64,000 nucleotides of DNA from an uncultured Poribacteria bacterium (GTDB lineage Bacteria; Poribacteria; WGA-4E; WGA-3G), in contig OX638316.1 of NCBI GenBank assembly GCA_951812525.1, forward strand, positions 1,706,630 to 1,770,629, read 5' to 3'. Made by a program: the position numbers and the translations under genes. Positions 1-9,582 of the stretch are shown piece by piece. Position 1 is the first letter of the stretch. Every line of letters begins with the position of its first letter. The notes under the pieces are model-generated. The model did no database searches. It saw nothing but the letters and a program-made list of their open reading frames with translations, and was not told the DNA's origin.

Positions 1-428
1 ATCGCTTCTGAGAGGATTTCCAACAAATAATCGCCACACACCAACAGTAGATTTGTTGGAAGTTTTGTGTTGAAATCGCGCGGACGGCATATGTAGGGAG
101 ATACATCTTTAATAGTGCGAAACGGAGAATTTAACCGTGCTTCAAGGTAACCTGCAACTGTAGCACGCGGCGTTTTTCCTATAAGTTTGTGTATGGGATC
201 AAAATTTTCGCGCACCACATCATAACTAAATAGCGACATTTGGTCGTCGGTATTAATTAAGATTTCGGAATTCAGAAGTAACATCTCAGATACATTCGCC
301 TGCGGGCATAAGTCTATAACATAGACATCCGTGTCTGGGTAAGTGCGAGCGTACTCGGTTGCTGCAACAAAGCTTAAGAAACTCTTGCCAACACCGCCTT
401 TATTGTTCCAGAATGCGTAAGCCGTCAT
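1..428 (-). CDS. ParA/MinD-like P-loop ATPase, C-terminal part cut off by the window edge
   Basis: Absent from the ORF track because it runs off the window. The reverse-strand ATG at 428-426 opens MTAYAFWNNKGGVGKSFLSFVAATEY..., a deviant Walker A (KGGVGKS) typical of ParA/MinD/Soj ATPases. The frame stays open to position 1. Confidence 0.6.
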   Translation of the reverse strand, partial: MTAYAFWNNKGGVGKSFLSFVAATEYARTYPDTDVYVIDLCPQANVSEMLLLNSEILINTDDQMSLFSYDVVRENFDPIHKLIGKTPRATVAGYLEARLNSPFRTIKDVSPYICRPRDFNTKLPTNLLLVCGDYLLEILSEA

Positions 429-579
429 AATGCAACCTCTTCTCAAACAAGATAAAACTTATGAAAAACCTTTTTAAATTTTAGCACAGGTCGGTATGCA
501 ATTTCAAATAGTTCTCCACTTCTCCAGATACATTTGGTGCAAAGTCTCGAGAGAGTACCCCATTATATTCGTTAGCTGC

Positions 580-1410
580 TTATGTTTCTTTATTCATATT
601 TAACGCTGCCATAGACCTGAGATTCAGCAGCGGTGTCATCACACCACCCGCAGCGGGCAAAACAACCCCTGTATCGTAAAGTTTCATAGCAGAAATAGTG
701 GCGTGTGCGACGTCTTCTGGGGCTCCGGGACGTACCATAAAGATATAACCTTTCTCTGCTGCCTCTTCATAATCTGGAATACGGACGCGCGAGAGGTCGG
801 TATCAATCACACCGGCAGCGATGCCGTTCACTTTAATGCCGTGTGCTGCGAGTCGTCCAGCGTAGGCGCGCATGCTCATCTCTAATCCTGCTTTTGAGAT
901 ACAGTAGGCGGTTCGGTTGTCTGATGCCATTATGTCGGAGATTGATAGCGTGTAGATGATACATCCGCGTATCTCGTTTGCTACCATGTAATTTGCGACG
1001 CGTTGCGTGAGGAAGTGTGTTGCCTTGAGATTAGTGTTGACTATAAAGTCGAACTGCTCTGGTGTCTCCTCAAGAATATCGGCGATGCGTGTGATACCGG
1101 CGTTGTTGATGAGGATGTCTACCTTCCCAAAAGCGTCGTGAGCGGTATTTAGCAGCTTTTCGTGTGCATCAAGGTCGCTGATGTCGGCTTGAATGATAAC
1201 GGCTCTTCTGCCGAGTGCCTCGACCTCCTGTTGGACTGATTCGGCGGCATCACGGTTTTGGTTGTAGTTGATAAGCACGTCAGCACCTTGGCGTGCCAGT
1301 TCAATAGCGATTGCACGTCCGATACCGCGACTGGAACCGGTTACGATTGCGGATTTATCCGTGAACGAAACGTCTGTTGCAAAGAATCCGAGGTCTGTAT
1401 CTGTTGACAT
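580..1410 (-). CDS. Short-chain dehydrogenase/reductase (SDR) family oxidoreductase
   Basis: 276-aa ORF with the TGSSRGIGRAIA dinucleotide-binding motif, NNAG and a YxxxK catalytic motif (YCISK). Confidence 0.85.
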   Translation of the reverse strand: MSTDTDLGFFATDVSFTDKSAIVTGSSRGIGRAIAIELARQGADVLINYNQNRDAAESVQQEVEALGRRAVIIQADISDLDAHEKLLNTAHDAFGKVDILINNAGITRIADILEETPEQFDFIVNTNLKATHFLTQRVANYMVANEIRGCIIYTLSISDIMASDNRTAYCISKAGLEMSMRAYAGRLAAHGIKVNGIAAGVIDTDLSRVRIPDYEEAAEKGYIFMVRPGAPEDVAHATISAMKLYDTGVVLPAAGGVMTPLLNLRSMAALNMNKET

Positions 1411-1544
1411 TTATTTCTCCGAGTGTCATAAATGAATTTTATAAAATTTGTTGGGTAATTCCGTAAAGATCAGGTGGCAGTCGCAAAAAGTCCATAATCC
1501 TGTCCATCCTCTGATCTTGTCCATCCTGATTGAGACGATCTATC

Positions 1545-2642
1545 TTAATCTGAGTAGGGATCTGCGGCATCGCGGAGGGCATCGCCTAAGAAGTTAAACG
1601 CAATCACAACAACGAGGACTGGCAGTGCTGGGAAAATGAGCCACGGATAATGGAGCAGAACAGTGACACGCTGCGCTTCCTCAAGCAGAACACCCCAACT
1701 CGTCATCGGTGGACGGATGCCCAAGCCTAAAAAGCTGAGTGCAGTTTCCCCCAAAATCATACCCGGAATAGCAAGCGTAGCAATAACGATGATATGGCTG
1801 TAGCATCCCGGTAACAGATGCTTTGTGATAATGTGCCACTGTCCAGCCCCGGCAGCACGCGCTGCCATCACGAAATCGCTCTCCCGATATGCCAAAACCT
1901 TTCCACGTACCTGCCGTGCTAACCCGCCCCATCGGATAATCGACAAAATAATCGTAATTCCGAAATAGATTTGAATGCTCGACCAACCCGGTGGTAGTGC
2001 TGCACCGAGTGCCATCCACAATGGGATGTCTGGGAACGCCGAAAGGATTTCAATGATACGTTGGATCAGATTGTCGATCCAACCGCCGTAGTAGCCAGAG
2101 ATCGTACCGAGAATAGAACCGAGAATGATGCTCAAAAAGACACCGACTAAGCCGAGCGTCATTGAAACACGCGCCCCGTACATGATTCGCGAAAGCAGAT
2201 CGCGTCCCATCCGATCTGTTCCTAACAGGAACATGGGACCGGCAGAACTGAACAGATGTCGCCTGCCCTCTGCATCCTTAAAAAAGAATTGTGCAGGGAT
2301 GCGTTGTGTCAGATCTCTGGTGAATTCTAATTCAAGGCTCTCTGGATTGCGGACCGATTTTAATCCGTAGACATAGAATCCGTCTTGGGGTGAGAAGTGG
2401 AGACGTTGGGGTGGTACATGTCGCAACCGCATGTTGATTTCACTTTGGTGATACGGCGCAAAGAAGTCCGCACCGATGGCGAGAATGTAGAAAATGATTA
2501 AGATCACACCAGCGATGATACCCATCCGGTTTTTGCGAAATCGGCGCCATATCAGTTGGCGATAACTCAGTTGCCCTAATTCGCCTGTAGTCTCTATATC
2601 TTGGACATCCTCGATTGTGGGAGTGCTTTGTATCTCATTCAT
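1545..2642 (-). CDS. Peptide/nickel ABC transporter permease (OppC/DppC-like)
   Basis: 365-aa polytopic ORF with an OppC-type N-terminal extension and an ABC type-1 transmembrane domain. It overlaps the upstream permease gene by 8 nt. Confidence 0.85.
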   Translation of the reverse strand: MNEIQSTPTIEDVQDIETTGELGQLSYRQLIWRRFRKNRMGIIAGVILIIFYILAIGADFFAPYHQSEINMRLRHVPPQRLHFSPQDGFYVYGLKSVRNPESLELEFTRDLTQRIPAQFFFKDAEGRRHLFSSAGPMFLLGTDRMGRDLLSRIMYGARVSMTLGLVGVFLSIILGSILGTISGYYGGWIDNLIQRIIEILSAFPDIPLWMALGAALPPGWSSIQIYFGITIILSIIRWGGLARQVRGKVLAYRESDFVMAARAAGAGQWHIITKHLLPGCYSHIIVIATLAIPGMILGETALSFLGLGIRPPMTSWGVLLEEAQRVTVLLHYPWLIFPALPVLVVVIAFNFLGDALRDAADPYSD

Positions 2643-3594
2643 AACGAATCCTCGGATCTACCCAAGCAAGGGCTATATCTGCAATCAGATTACCAATAAC
2701 TAAAAGGAGACTCAGCATCATGATTAGCGTCCCTGCGAGGTAAATGTCCTCGTTCAGTAGGCTCCGTAAGAGGATAGGACCAACTGTAGGTAAGCCAAGC
2801 ACAATGGAGACGATTGCTGAACCGGAGAGGATACCGGGTAGGCTCATTCCTAAAATGCTGATGAGTGGGTTGATTGCAATCCGCACTGCATGCTTACTCA
2901 CCACGACCACTTCTTTAAGCCCTTTCGCCCGTGCGGTTTGGACGAACGGCTGTCCTAAAACGTCAAGTAGATTACCGCGCATGATGCGCATCAAACTCGC
3001 CGTTCCGTTAATTCCAACGACGATGACAGGAATCCAGAGGTGCGTGAGAAGGTCGGTCAGTTTGCCCCAGGTCCACGGTGCCCCTTCATAGTAAGCAGAG
3101 AAGAGCCCAAATAGGGGAACACCGAAGATGTCAAACGCGAATACCATCAGCGAAAGTGCTAAAAGAAACGCCGGTATTGACATTCCAACGAAACTGAGGA
3201 AGGTGAGAAAATTATCTGACCATTGATACTGATGTGTTGCGGAATAGACACCGAGCGGGATAGCGAGAACATAGGTAAAGACGAGCGATCCAACGGATAT
3301 AATCAGGGTGAAGGCTATTCTGTCCCATATCAGTTCGTGGACTTCTCGTTTATATTCAAACGATTCACCGAAGTTACCGCGCACAAAGCCAGTTATCCAG
3401 ATGAGATAGCGTTTCCACATCGGATCATTCAAACCATAGCGTTCCCGTAGTTCCTCAACCTGCGCCAGCGAACTGCTATCGCCAAACTCCTCCTCTAACC
3501 GTTGAATTTCCCGGTCAAGGTAATCGCCCTGTGGAAGCTGGATGATAATAAAAGAGATCATGGAAATCGCCAAGAGTGTCGGAATTGCGATCAA
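2635..3594 (-). CDS. Peptide/nickel ABC transporter permease (OppB/DppB-like); the true start is probably upstream at 3621 or 3618
   Basis: 319-aa ORF with ABC type-1 permease topology. The family-typical N-terminal YIIRR motif lies just upstream of the first canonical start (TTG at 3594); see the finding at 3592-3630. Confidence 0.8.
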   Translation of the reverse strand: MIAIPTLLAISMISFIIIQLPQGDYLDREIQRLEEEFGDSSSLAQVEELRERYGLNDPMWKRYLIWITGFVRGNFGESFEYKREVHELIWDRIAFTLIISVGSLVFTYVLAIPLGVYSATHQYQWSDNFLTFLSFVGMSIPAFLLALSLMVFAFDIFGVPLFGLFSAYYEGAPWTWGKLTDLLTHLWIPVIVVGINGTASLMRIMRGNLLDVLGQPFVQTARAKGLKEVVVVSKHAVRIAINPLISILGMSLPGILSGSAIVSIVLGLPTVGPILLRSLLNEDIYLAGTLIMMLSLLLVIGNLIADIALAWVDPRIRYE

Positions 3595-3617
3595 ACATCG
3601 GCGAATAATGTAGGTAA

Positions 3618-5606
3618 TTATCGGTTTGCCTCCTTCCTCGCTTCGTTGTCCTGTTCACTCGTGGATATCCAACACTGTTCGGGATAACTAGTTGCGGGGG
3701 TAACAATTGCCCAGGGACCTAAAATGCCGTCGTTTGGGACGTTGTGGAAATGGTTCGCTACGACTAAGAGCGATGGTGAACGTGCTGCGGAACCGAGGTG
3801 AAAGGGTCCCTCGTCAATGTGAATCCTCACGGCATCCCGGACGTATTGATGCCGTTGTTTTTCGTCGGGTTCCCGTTTTATTGCGTCGTATAAGTCGAGA
3901 AGTTTCTTGAGCGGTCCAGTGGGAGGTTCGCCCTTTTCACCGCCCGTTTCATACCATTTTCCGACCTTAGGATGCCAGTACTTAGCGAGTGTTGGAAACA
4001 CCCAATCGGGATAAGTGAAGAGATCCATCTCCGCTTCGCCGTGCATACTGATTGTGAATTTGCCGAGTGTGCGCCGCAGGCTCAGTTCGGCACCGGGAGG
4101 TGTATAAAGAAGTGTTTTTAAGCCGAGTTCCTCCCATCCCTCCTGAACGATTAACCCGATATCGTTCTCCTGACTGTTGAGATTGGAACTCGGTACGTCC
4201 ATGAGTATCTCAATACGTTTGCCGTCTGGACGTAGCCTGTATCCGTCCTTATCACGTTCTGTGAGTCCCATATCATCTAAGAGGCGGTTCCCGGCATCAA
4301 TGTCAAAGTCTGCATCGGCGCGTTTCCACTCTTCAAAGAGGGTTTGCCCGTCTTCGTCGGCGAAGTGCCATCCCTCTTGGCTAACGGTTGCGGCTTGCGG
4401 TTCTAACAGACCACGCCATGCGATCTCGTTACACTTCACGCGGTCGACGCCATAAGCGAGTGCCTTTCGGAACCGTTGATCTCGGATGAGTTTTCTTAAT
4501 TCAGGATCGGGTGCAGTCCAGTTAATTAGAATAGCAGGTTGTGCGCCAGCCGTGCTTTTCCAGCGACGTACCTTGTAGTTACCTTTCTCCTGTCCCTTTA
4601 GATAGAGTGCGAGATCCCGGAGTTCCATTCCGCGGTATTGACAGTCAATCTCTCCGGCGAGGATTTTCAGGACGCGTACTTGCGGTTCCGGGACCAAACT
4701 GGTTTTGACTCTGTCGATGTATGGAAGTTGTCTGCCGAGTGTGTCAACGACGTAGTAATACGGATTGCGTTCCAATTCGACGCGGAAACCGCCCTTTTCG
4801 TATTTTGTCACCCGCCAGGGCCATAGCGTCGGGCGTTCAGGGTTTTGGTGCGGCAGATTTTCCTTCTCGAATTGGATGAAATCGGTATATTTAGAGCTGT
4901 AATCGGGATGAAATTGCTTCATATAGTGCTGCGGAATGTTATATTGATTGCACCACCAGAATCCGGTTGCCAACCAAAGCGGGACCAGCCAGTTGGGACC
5001 TGCGAATTTCATTACAATGGTGTGATCATCGGGTGTTTCGACTTCCATCGGGATGCCGTCCACTTGGCACCAAACCGGTGCACCGTACTTGTGTCGTTCG
5101 TCGAGGCAGAGATCATAATAGAAAGCGAATGAAGCTGAAGTATACGGATATCCGTCTGACCATTTAACTCCCTTGCGGAGATGCAATGTAAACATACTTC
5201 CATCCTCGTTGAACTCCCACGATTCGGCAAGACCGGGTTCCAAACCAGAAGCATCAAATTTCCATCGGATGAGTGGGGCATAACCTGCTGTCATCTTCCA
5301 CGTGCCTAAATCTGGATGTGTGTGGAATCGGTGCCATGTCCCACCGTAGGGACCGGGTTGTTCATATCCATCGAAATTCGTTTTGGCGACGAGCGGATTT
5401 TCGGGAAGCCGTTCTGACACTGGAGGGAGTTTGCCTTCGACAACCTGCTTTGCCCACATCGGTGCCTCTTTTGCCTCCGTCCCACGAGGAAAATCAGAGG
5501 TATCTTCTAACTGGCTTCCTGAGCAGCCAACAATAAGAATCGGTAAGATGAGCAGTAGTTTAATGGTATCCAAAAAGGTGTGGAAATTTTTTGTGACCTT
5601 GTACAT
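3618..5606 (-). CDS. ABC transporter substrate-binding lipoprotein, family 5 (peptide/nickel)
   Basis: The track ORF runs 3618..5735, but the internal ATG at 5606 gives MYKVTKNFHTFLDTIKLLLILPILIVGCSGS, a lipoprotein signal with a lipobox. GAGGAGG lies about 9 nt upstream, directly after the stop of the preceding gene (5608-5610). Size and sequence fit a family-5 binding protein. Confidence 0.85.
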   Translation of the reverse strand: MYKVTKNFHTFLDTIKLLLILPILIVGCSGSQLEDTSDFPRGTEAKEAPMWAKQVVEGKLPPVSERLPENPLVAKTNFDGYEQPGPYGGTWHRFHTHPDLGTWKMTAGYAPLIRWKFDASGLEPGLAESWEFNEDGSMFTLHLRKGVKWSDGYPYTSASFAFYYDLCLDERHKYGAPVWCQVDGIPMEVETPDDHTIVMKFAGPNWLVPLWLATGFWWCNQYNIPQHYMKQFHPDYSSKYTDFIQFEKENLPHQNPERPTLWPWRVTKYEKGGFRVELERNPYYYVVDTLGRQLPYIDRVKTSLVPEPQVRVLKILAGEIDCQYRGMELRDLALYLKGQEKGNYKVRRWKSTAGAQPAILINWTAPDPELRKLIRDQRFRKALAYGVDRVKCNEIAWRGLLEPQAATVSQEGWHFADEDGQTLFEEWKRADADFDIDAGNRLLDDMGLTERDKDGYRLRPDGKRIEILMDVPSSNLNSQENDIGLIVQEGWEELGLKTLLYTPPGAELSLRRTLGKFTISMHGEAEMDLFTYPDWVFPTLAKYWHPKVGKWYETGGEKGEPPTGPLKKLLDLYDAIKREPDEKQRHQYVRDAVRIHIDEGPFHLGSAARSPSLLVVANHFHNVPNDGILGPWAIVTPATSYPEQCWISTSEQDNEARKEANR

Positions 5607-5607
5607 C

Positions 5608-6552
5608 TTAAGCGTCCTCCTCACGCTTTGCGAGGAAATTGGTGAACGTGTTAAACTCCTGACAGACGTTTGCAAATAGTTCGTCAATTGACTTCGCGTG
5701 CGGTTCTGTTTTTTCATAAACCAGTTCTTCGCCATAGATGTTGTTTACTTTATGACGGAAGTCCAAAAGGTCTTCTAATCGGAGACGTATTTGATCGGAA
5801 ATCACGGGAGGGCGTTCTGATCGTTGCTCTGCCATTTGTGCGAGTAAGTTTTTATGCCATCGGCTTCCAGTCGGCACGTGCATATCGACCTCACGAGCAA
5901 TCCGCAGAAAAATGTTCTCTATGCCTCTATAGACATCGGCGAGATCTGTAGCGATTGTGTTTTCGATGAATTCTTTTGCTTGAACAGGTAGGACATCAAT
6001 ATTTTCCAATCCCCTTTGGATTCTTCCAAGTGTTTCATTTATTTTTGAGAGTTCGTCGTTGATGCGCTGTGTCAGTCTTTTTCGGTTCATTTCGTAAATT
6101 TCTCCATCCTCGGTAGGAAAAACCTGTCGTTGGAGATGTTTGTAAAGCGTCTGCCACAGCACCGGACGCATCCCTTTTTCGATAGGAATCGCTTGGTGTT
6201 TTATCCGCTCTCGGAAGAGTCCTTTCGATGTGTCAAAATTGATTATGTCTATTTTAAATTCCGAATCGAAATTCATAACTTTTATACGCGCCTTATCGTA
6301 GGCATCATGGGAAAGTCCCGATACGGCGATATCGATATCTGATCCGTTTGTGAACCACATCGGTTCTGTGAGTGAACCGAAGACGACCACTTGGGTTGCG
6401 CCAAGCTGCTCGTAAAGCAGTGCGGCTACCTTGTGTGCATCATCCCATGCTTGATGGAGCAATCCTTCTTCCATTGTTCGGCTTTTCCACAGTTGCTCCA
6501 ATCGTTTCCTGCATGCCGAGAGTTGATCTGGAGATACTTTTTGTTTTGACAT
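5608..6552 (-). CDS. Fusion protein: pol-beta-type nucleotidyltransferase (MNT-like) N-terminal domain plus HEPN-like helical C-terminal domain
   Basis: The track ORF runs 5608..6669. The likely start is the ATG at 6552 (MSKQKVSPDQL), 2 nt after the oppF-like stop. The NTase motif is VVVFGSL...GSDIDIAV. The C-terminal helical region ends in DFRHKVNNIYG, which resembles the HEPN/NTase-substrate-binding family but has a degenerate Rx4-6H motif. Confidence 0.6.
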   Translation of the reverse strand: MSKQKVSPDQLSACRKRLEQLWKSRTMEEGLLHQAWDDAHKVAALLYEQLGATQVVVFGSLTEPMWFTNGSDIDIAVSGLSHDAYDKARIKVMNFDSEFKIDIINFDTSKGLFRERIKHQAIPIEKGMRPVLWQTLYKHLQRQVFPTEDGEIYEMNRKRLTQRINDELSKINETLGRIQRGLENIDVLPVQAKEFIENTIATDLADVYRGIENIFLRIAREVDMHVPTGSRWHKNLLAQMAEQRSERPPVISDQIRLRLEDLLDFRHKVNNIYGEELVYEKTEPHAKSIDELFANVCQEFNTFTNFLAKREEDA

Positions 6553-6554
6553 CG

Positions 6555-7553
6555 CTAAACCCCCTGTAATTCCAGTGTCTCGCTGTGATGGCATGCCACC
6601 TGAACGCCTTGTGCTACCTGACGGAGTTCTGGTGTTTCCTGTTTGCATATATCGGTCGCGTAGCGACATCGTGGATGGAAATAGCAGCCATTAGGCGGCT
6701 GGGACGGGTCGGGGACATCACCTTCAAGACGAATATGTTCACGTTTGCGCTGCGCACTTGGATCGGGGAGTGGCACGGCGGATATCAACGCTTCCGTGTA
6801 AGGGTGCTTCGGCGATTGGTAGAGAGTTACCGCATCGCTAATCTCCACAATTTTACCGAGATACATGACTGCGACGCGGTCGCTGATATGTTCGACAACG
6901 CTTAAGTCGTGTGCGATAAAGATATAGGAGAGTTGGAACTTTTCTCGGAGTTCTGCTAATAGGTTCAGAATCTGTGCTTGTACCGAGACATCGAGTGCCG
7001 AGACCGGCTCATCTGCGACGATGAGTTCGGGTTGGAGTGCTAACGCCCGCGCAATACCGATACGTTGGCGTTGTCCGCCGCTGAATGCGTGTGGATAACG
7101 ACGTGTATCCTGCGATCTCAGTCCTACCGATTCAAGGAGTTCAACAATCCTGTCTTGAAGCGCGCTACCTTCCTCTGTCCTATTGACGCGCATCGGTTCC
7201 CCGACGATATCGCCTACCGTCATCCGTGGATTCAGTGATGCATGCGGGTCTTGGAAAATCATCTGAATGCGTCTACGGAAAGGGCGCATTTCTTGATGTG
7301 TCAACTTCGCCAAGTCTACCTGTTCCTCGCCGAAAATGAAACTTCCGCTTGTTGGTGGAATTAATCGGAGTAGACATCTGCCAGCGGTCGTTTTACCGCA
7401 CCCACTTTCGCCGACGAGACCAAGTGTTTCGCCACGTTGCACGTCGAAACTGATACCATCAACCGCTTTGACGTAGCCGACGGTACGTTGAAAGATGCCT
7501 TTCTGGATTGGGAAATATTTTCGGAGGTCGTTCACCTCAAGCAGTTTTGTCAT
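6555..7553 (-). CDS. Peptide ABC transporter ATP-binding protein (OppF/DppF-like)
   Basis: Walker [13 protein letters not shown] signature FSGGQRQR, Walker [13 protein letters not shown], and the Cys-containing C-terminal extension typical of Opp/Dpp ATPases. Confidence 0.9.
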   Translation of the reverse strand: MTKLLEVNDLRKYFPIQKGIFQRTVGYVKAVDGISFDVQRGETLGLVGESGCGKTTAGRCLLRLIPPTSGSFIFGEEQVDLAKLTHQEMRPFRRRIQMIFQDPHASLNPRMTVGDIVGEPMRVNRTEEGSALQDRIVELLESVGLRSQDTRRYPHAFSGGQRQRIGIARALALQPELIVADEPVSALDVSVQAQILNLLAELREKFQLSYIFIAHDLSVVEHISDRVAVMYLGKIVEISDAVTLYQSPKHPYTEALISAVPLPDPSAQRKREHIRLEGDVPDPSQPPNGCYFHPRCRYATDICKQETPELRQVAQGVQVACHHSETLELQGV

Positions 7554-7566
7554 TTTTTCAAAACCC

Positions 7567-8607
7567 TTAACCTTCTAAATCTGTGTGAAGCCAGCATCGG
7601 ACAGTGTGTGCACCGCCCTCGGATTTTCCATTGACTCCAGCGAGTTCCGGCATCTGATCGCATTGTGGCATCCGCTCTGGACACCGGGGTCCAAACGAAC
7701 ACCCTACTGGTAGGGTTAATGGATGGGGCACTGTTCCTGGAATAGAGGGTAATGTCTTCTCTGGTGTTCTCCCAAGGACGGGTATGGATTTCAGCAAACC
7801 TTGCGTGTACGGATGCAGGGGATTATAGAAAATGTCGTCAACGGTGCCCTTTTCGACAACGCGTCCTGAGTACATGACGACAACTTCGTCGGCGAGATCA
7901 GCGATAACCCCAAGGTCGTGTGTGATGAGCATGATTGCCATTCCCATCTCTGCTTGGAGTTCCTGCATGAGTCCGAGAACTTGGGCTTGAATAGTGACGT
8001 CAAGTGCAGTCGTCGGTTCGTCTGCGATAAGCAAGGTTGGTGAGCAGCAAAGTGCCATTGCAATCATAATGCGCTGGCGCATACCGCCGGAGAGTTGGTG
8101 TGGATATTCATCAACGCGTTGTGCAGGGGCGGGTATACCGACGCGAGCAATCATCTCAATTGCGCGTTCGTGCGCTGTTTTTTTATCGACCTGTTCGTGT
8201 AATACAATTGCTTCGGCGATCTGGTTTCCAACAGTATAGACTGGATTGAGGGATGTCATCGGTTCTTGGAAGATGATTGCGATTTCGTTGCCGCGGATTT
8301 GACGCATCAACTCACTCTTCGGTGAAACCTGTGCAATATCCAAGGGTTCATCGGCACCGTTACGGTAAAATAGGATCTCACCGTTTTCAATTCTTCCAGG
8401 AGGAGGTACGAGTTGGAGCATTGAGAGGCCAGTAATACTTTTCCCGCAGCCACTCTCACCGACAACGCCAACGGTCTGACCGCGCGCAATAGAGAAACTG
8501 ACATCGTTCACGGCATTTACAATGCCATCGTCTGTTGGAAAGACTGTTTTTAAACCAGAAATTTCGAGAAGTGGTTGTTCGTAAAATGTATTTTCTGCTA
8601 AAGCCAT
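7567..8607 (-). CDS. Peptide ABC transporter ATP-binding protein (OppD/DppD-like)
   Basis: Walker A GESGCGKS, signature LSGGMRQR, Walker [13 protein letters not shown]. First gene of the operon. Confidence 0.9.
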   Translation of the reverse strand: MALAENTFYEQPLLEISGLKTVFPTDDGIVNAVNDVSFSIARGQTVGVVGESGCGKSITGLSMLQLVPPPGRIENGEILFYRNGADEPLDIAQVSPKSELMRQIRGNEIAIIFQEPMTSLNPVYTVGNQIAEAIVLHEQVDKKTAHERAIEMIARVGIPAPAQRVDEYPHQLSGGMRQRIMIAMALCCSPTLLIADEPTTALDVTIQAQVLGLMQELQAEMGMAIMLITHDLGVIADLADEVVVMYSGRVVEKGTVDDIFYNPLHPYTQGLLKSIPVLGRTPEKTLPSIPGTVPHPLTLPVGCSFGPRCPERMPQCDQMPELAGVNGKSEGGAHTVRCWLHTDLEG

Positions 8608-8646
8608 ACTCTTGGGTTACCTTGATACTGTTCCAAGCTTTCGACT

Positions 8647-8675
8647 ATTGTACATAAAAAGTGATTATGTGTCAA
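8647..8675 (-). promoter_or_regulatory. Sigma70-type promoter of the ABC transporter operon
   Basis: The reverse strand reads TTGACA (8675-8670), a 17 nt spacer, then TACAAT (8652-8647), about 40 nt upstream of the oppD-like ATG at 8607. Confidence 0.6.
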
Positions 8676-8843
8676 CTTTTTTGTCTGTTGCGAGGTTATT
8701 GAATTTTTTCTGGGATTTTCAGAAAGGGAAGGTTAAATGGCAGTGAGATGCTTAAAAAGCATGTTTTCAGGTATCTGTCGCAAAATGGAGACTTGCGACT
8801 CTGCAGGCGCGCTTACAAGAGTGACGTAGGTGCACCTACAGGT

Positions 8844-9566
8844 CTACAATTCTGTTTTAATATCATTCCAGAACACAGTAAGCTTCTCGCTTACAGCACT
8901 TTGGCGGTAGTTGACGACACGCGGCTCATCCGTCTGTTCGCTGGTAGCTACTGCGCTGGTGTGCCATGTGCCAGAGGTGTTTCGTGCCGTTGTGAAGAAA
9001 TGATTGTGTTCACGCTGGGCAGCAGCAATTACCGTCTGCGCCGATGCATCCGTATTTTCAGCTTTTGGCTTGACGTCTTTCATGAGTGCCCACGGTGTCG
9101 GAGAGATCCTAACCTGTTGGAGCCGTGTCTTTTCCATAGCGGTCAAACCGAGTTCCGGTTCTTGTGGGTTTGTAAAGAACGCAAGTTTTACGAAAAAACA
9201 GGAGGCGATGAGATAGAAAAGCAGGGCTGTGGCGTTCACAAACCTTGGCGAGAAGTCTAACTTCAACCGATCAAGGCACCACGCCAATGGATTCGCAAAG
9301 AGTGCCACCTGCTGTCTATTGTGGACAGCGCGTATTTGCTGCTGGATGTTCCCAACCAGTTCCAGCGGCGGCGTTGGTTCTTCTACGGTCTCTAACATAC
9401 TCGCTGTTTGCCACAACGCCTCATACTCCATTTGACACTCTGAACAGGTTCGTAAATGCTCCAAAAGCGCGCGCCGAGAGATGCCATCAGAAGTTGTTTC
9501 TCGCATTTCTGCGTTTTCCTGTTGGACCAGGTGTGGCAGATTGTTAAGAGTCTGTTCGCAATTCAT
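8844..9566 (-). CDS. Anti-sigma factor with a zf-HC2-type zinc finger and one transmembrane segment
   Basis: 240-aa ORF starting 17 nt downstream of the ECF sigma gene. It carries an N-terminal H-x3-C-x2-C motif (HLRTCSECQ) and a central hydrophobic helix (ALLFYLIASCFFVKLAFF). Confidence 0.65.
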   Translation of the reverse strand: MNCEQTLNNLPHLVQQENAEMRETTSDGISRRALLEHLRTCSECQMEYEALWQTASMLETVEEPTPPLELVGNIQQQIRAVHNRQQVALFANPLAWCLDRLKLDFSPRFVNATALLFYLIASCFFVKLAFFTNPQEPELGLTAMEKTRLQQVRISPTPWALMKDVKPKAENTDASAQTVIAAAQREHNHFFTTARNTSGTWHTSAVATSEQTDEPRVVNYRQSAVSEKLTVFWNDIKTEL

Positions 9567-9582
9567 TGAGGAACACCTCTTT

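Noticed and set aside
1501-1527. The direct repeat TGTCCATCCT at 1501-1510 and 1518-1527 between the oppC-like gene and the SDR gene.
   Set aside because: It is a short 10-nt duplication in a 130-nt spacer with no partner elsewhere in the window. It might be a regulator site, but that cannot be supported from this sequence alone.
5607-5735. Long N-terminal extensions in the ORF track for several genes: 3618..5735, 5608..6669, 13415..14479, 14672..15415, 15333..16307, 44553..47120 and 52236..53387.
   Set aside because: In each case an internal ATG with a good Shine-Dalgarno sequence gives a normal signal peptide or family-typical N-terminus. It also removes overlap with the upstream gene. The extensions read as low-complexity or basic junk, so I shortened the calls.
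8747-8765. The hairpin ATGCTT-aaa-AAGCAT followed by GTTTTC, considered as a terminator downstream of the anti-sigma gene.
   Set aside because: The stem is short and AU-rich. The T-run lies on the plus strand, where no upstream gene exists, and no U-tract follows on the minus strand.
8748-9260. A 170-aa plus-strand ORF overlapping the anti-sigma factor gene.
   Set aside because: The minus-strand ORF has a zf-HC2 motif, a transmembrane helix and the canonical position 17 nt after an ECF sigma gene. The plus-strand ORF has no motifs and an implausible composition.
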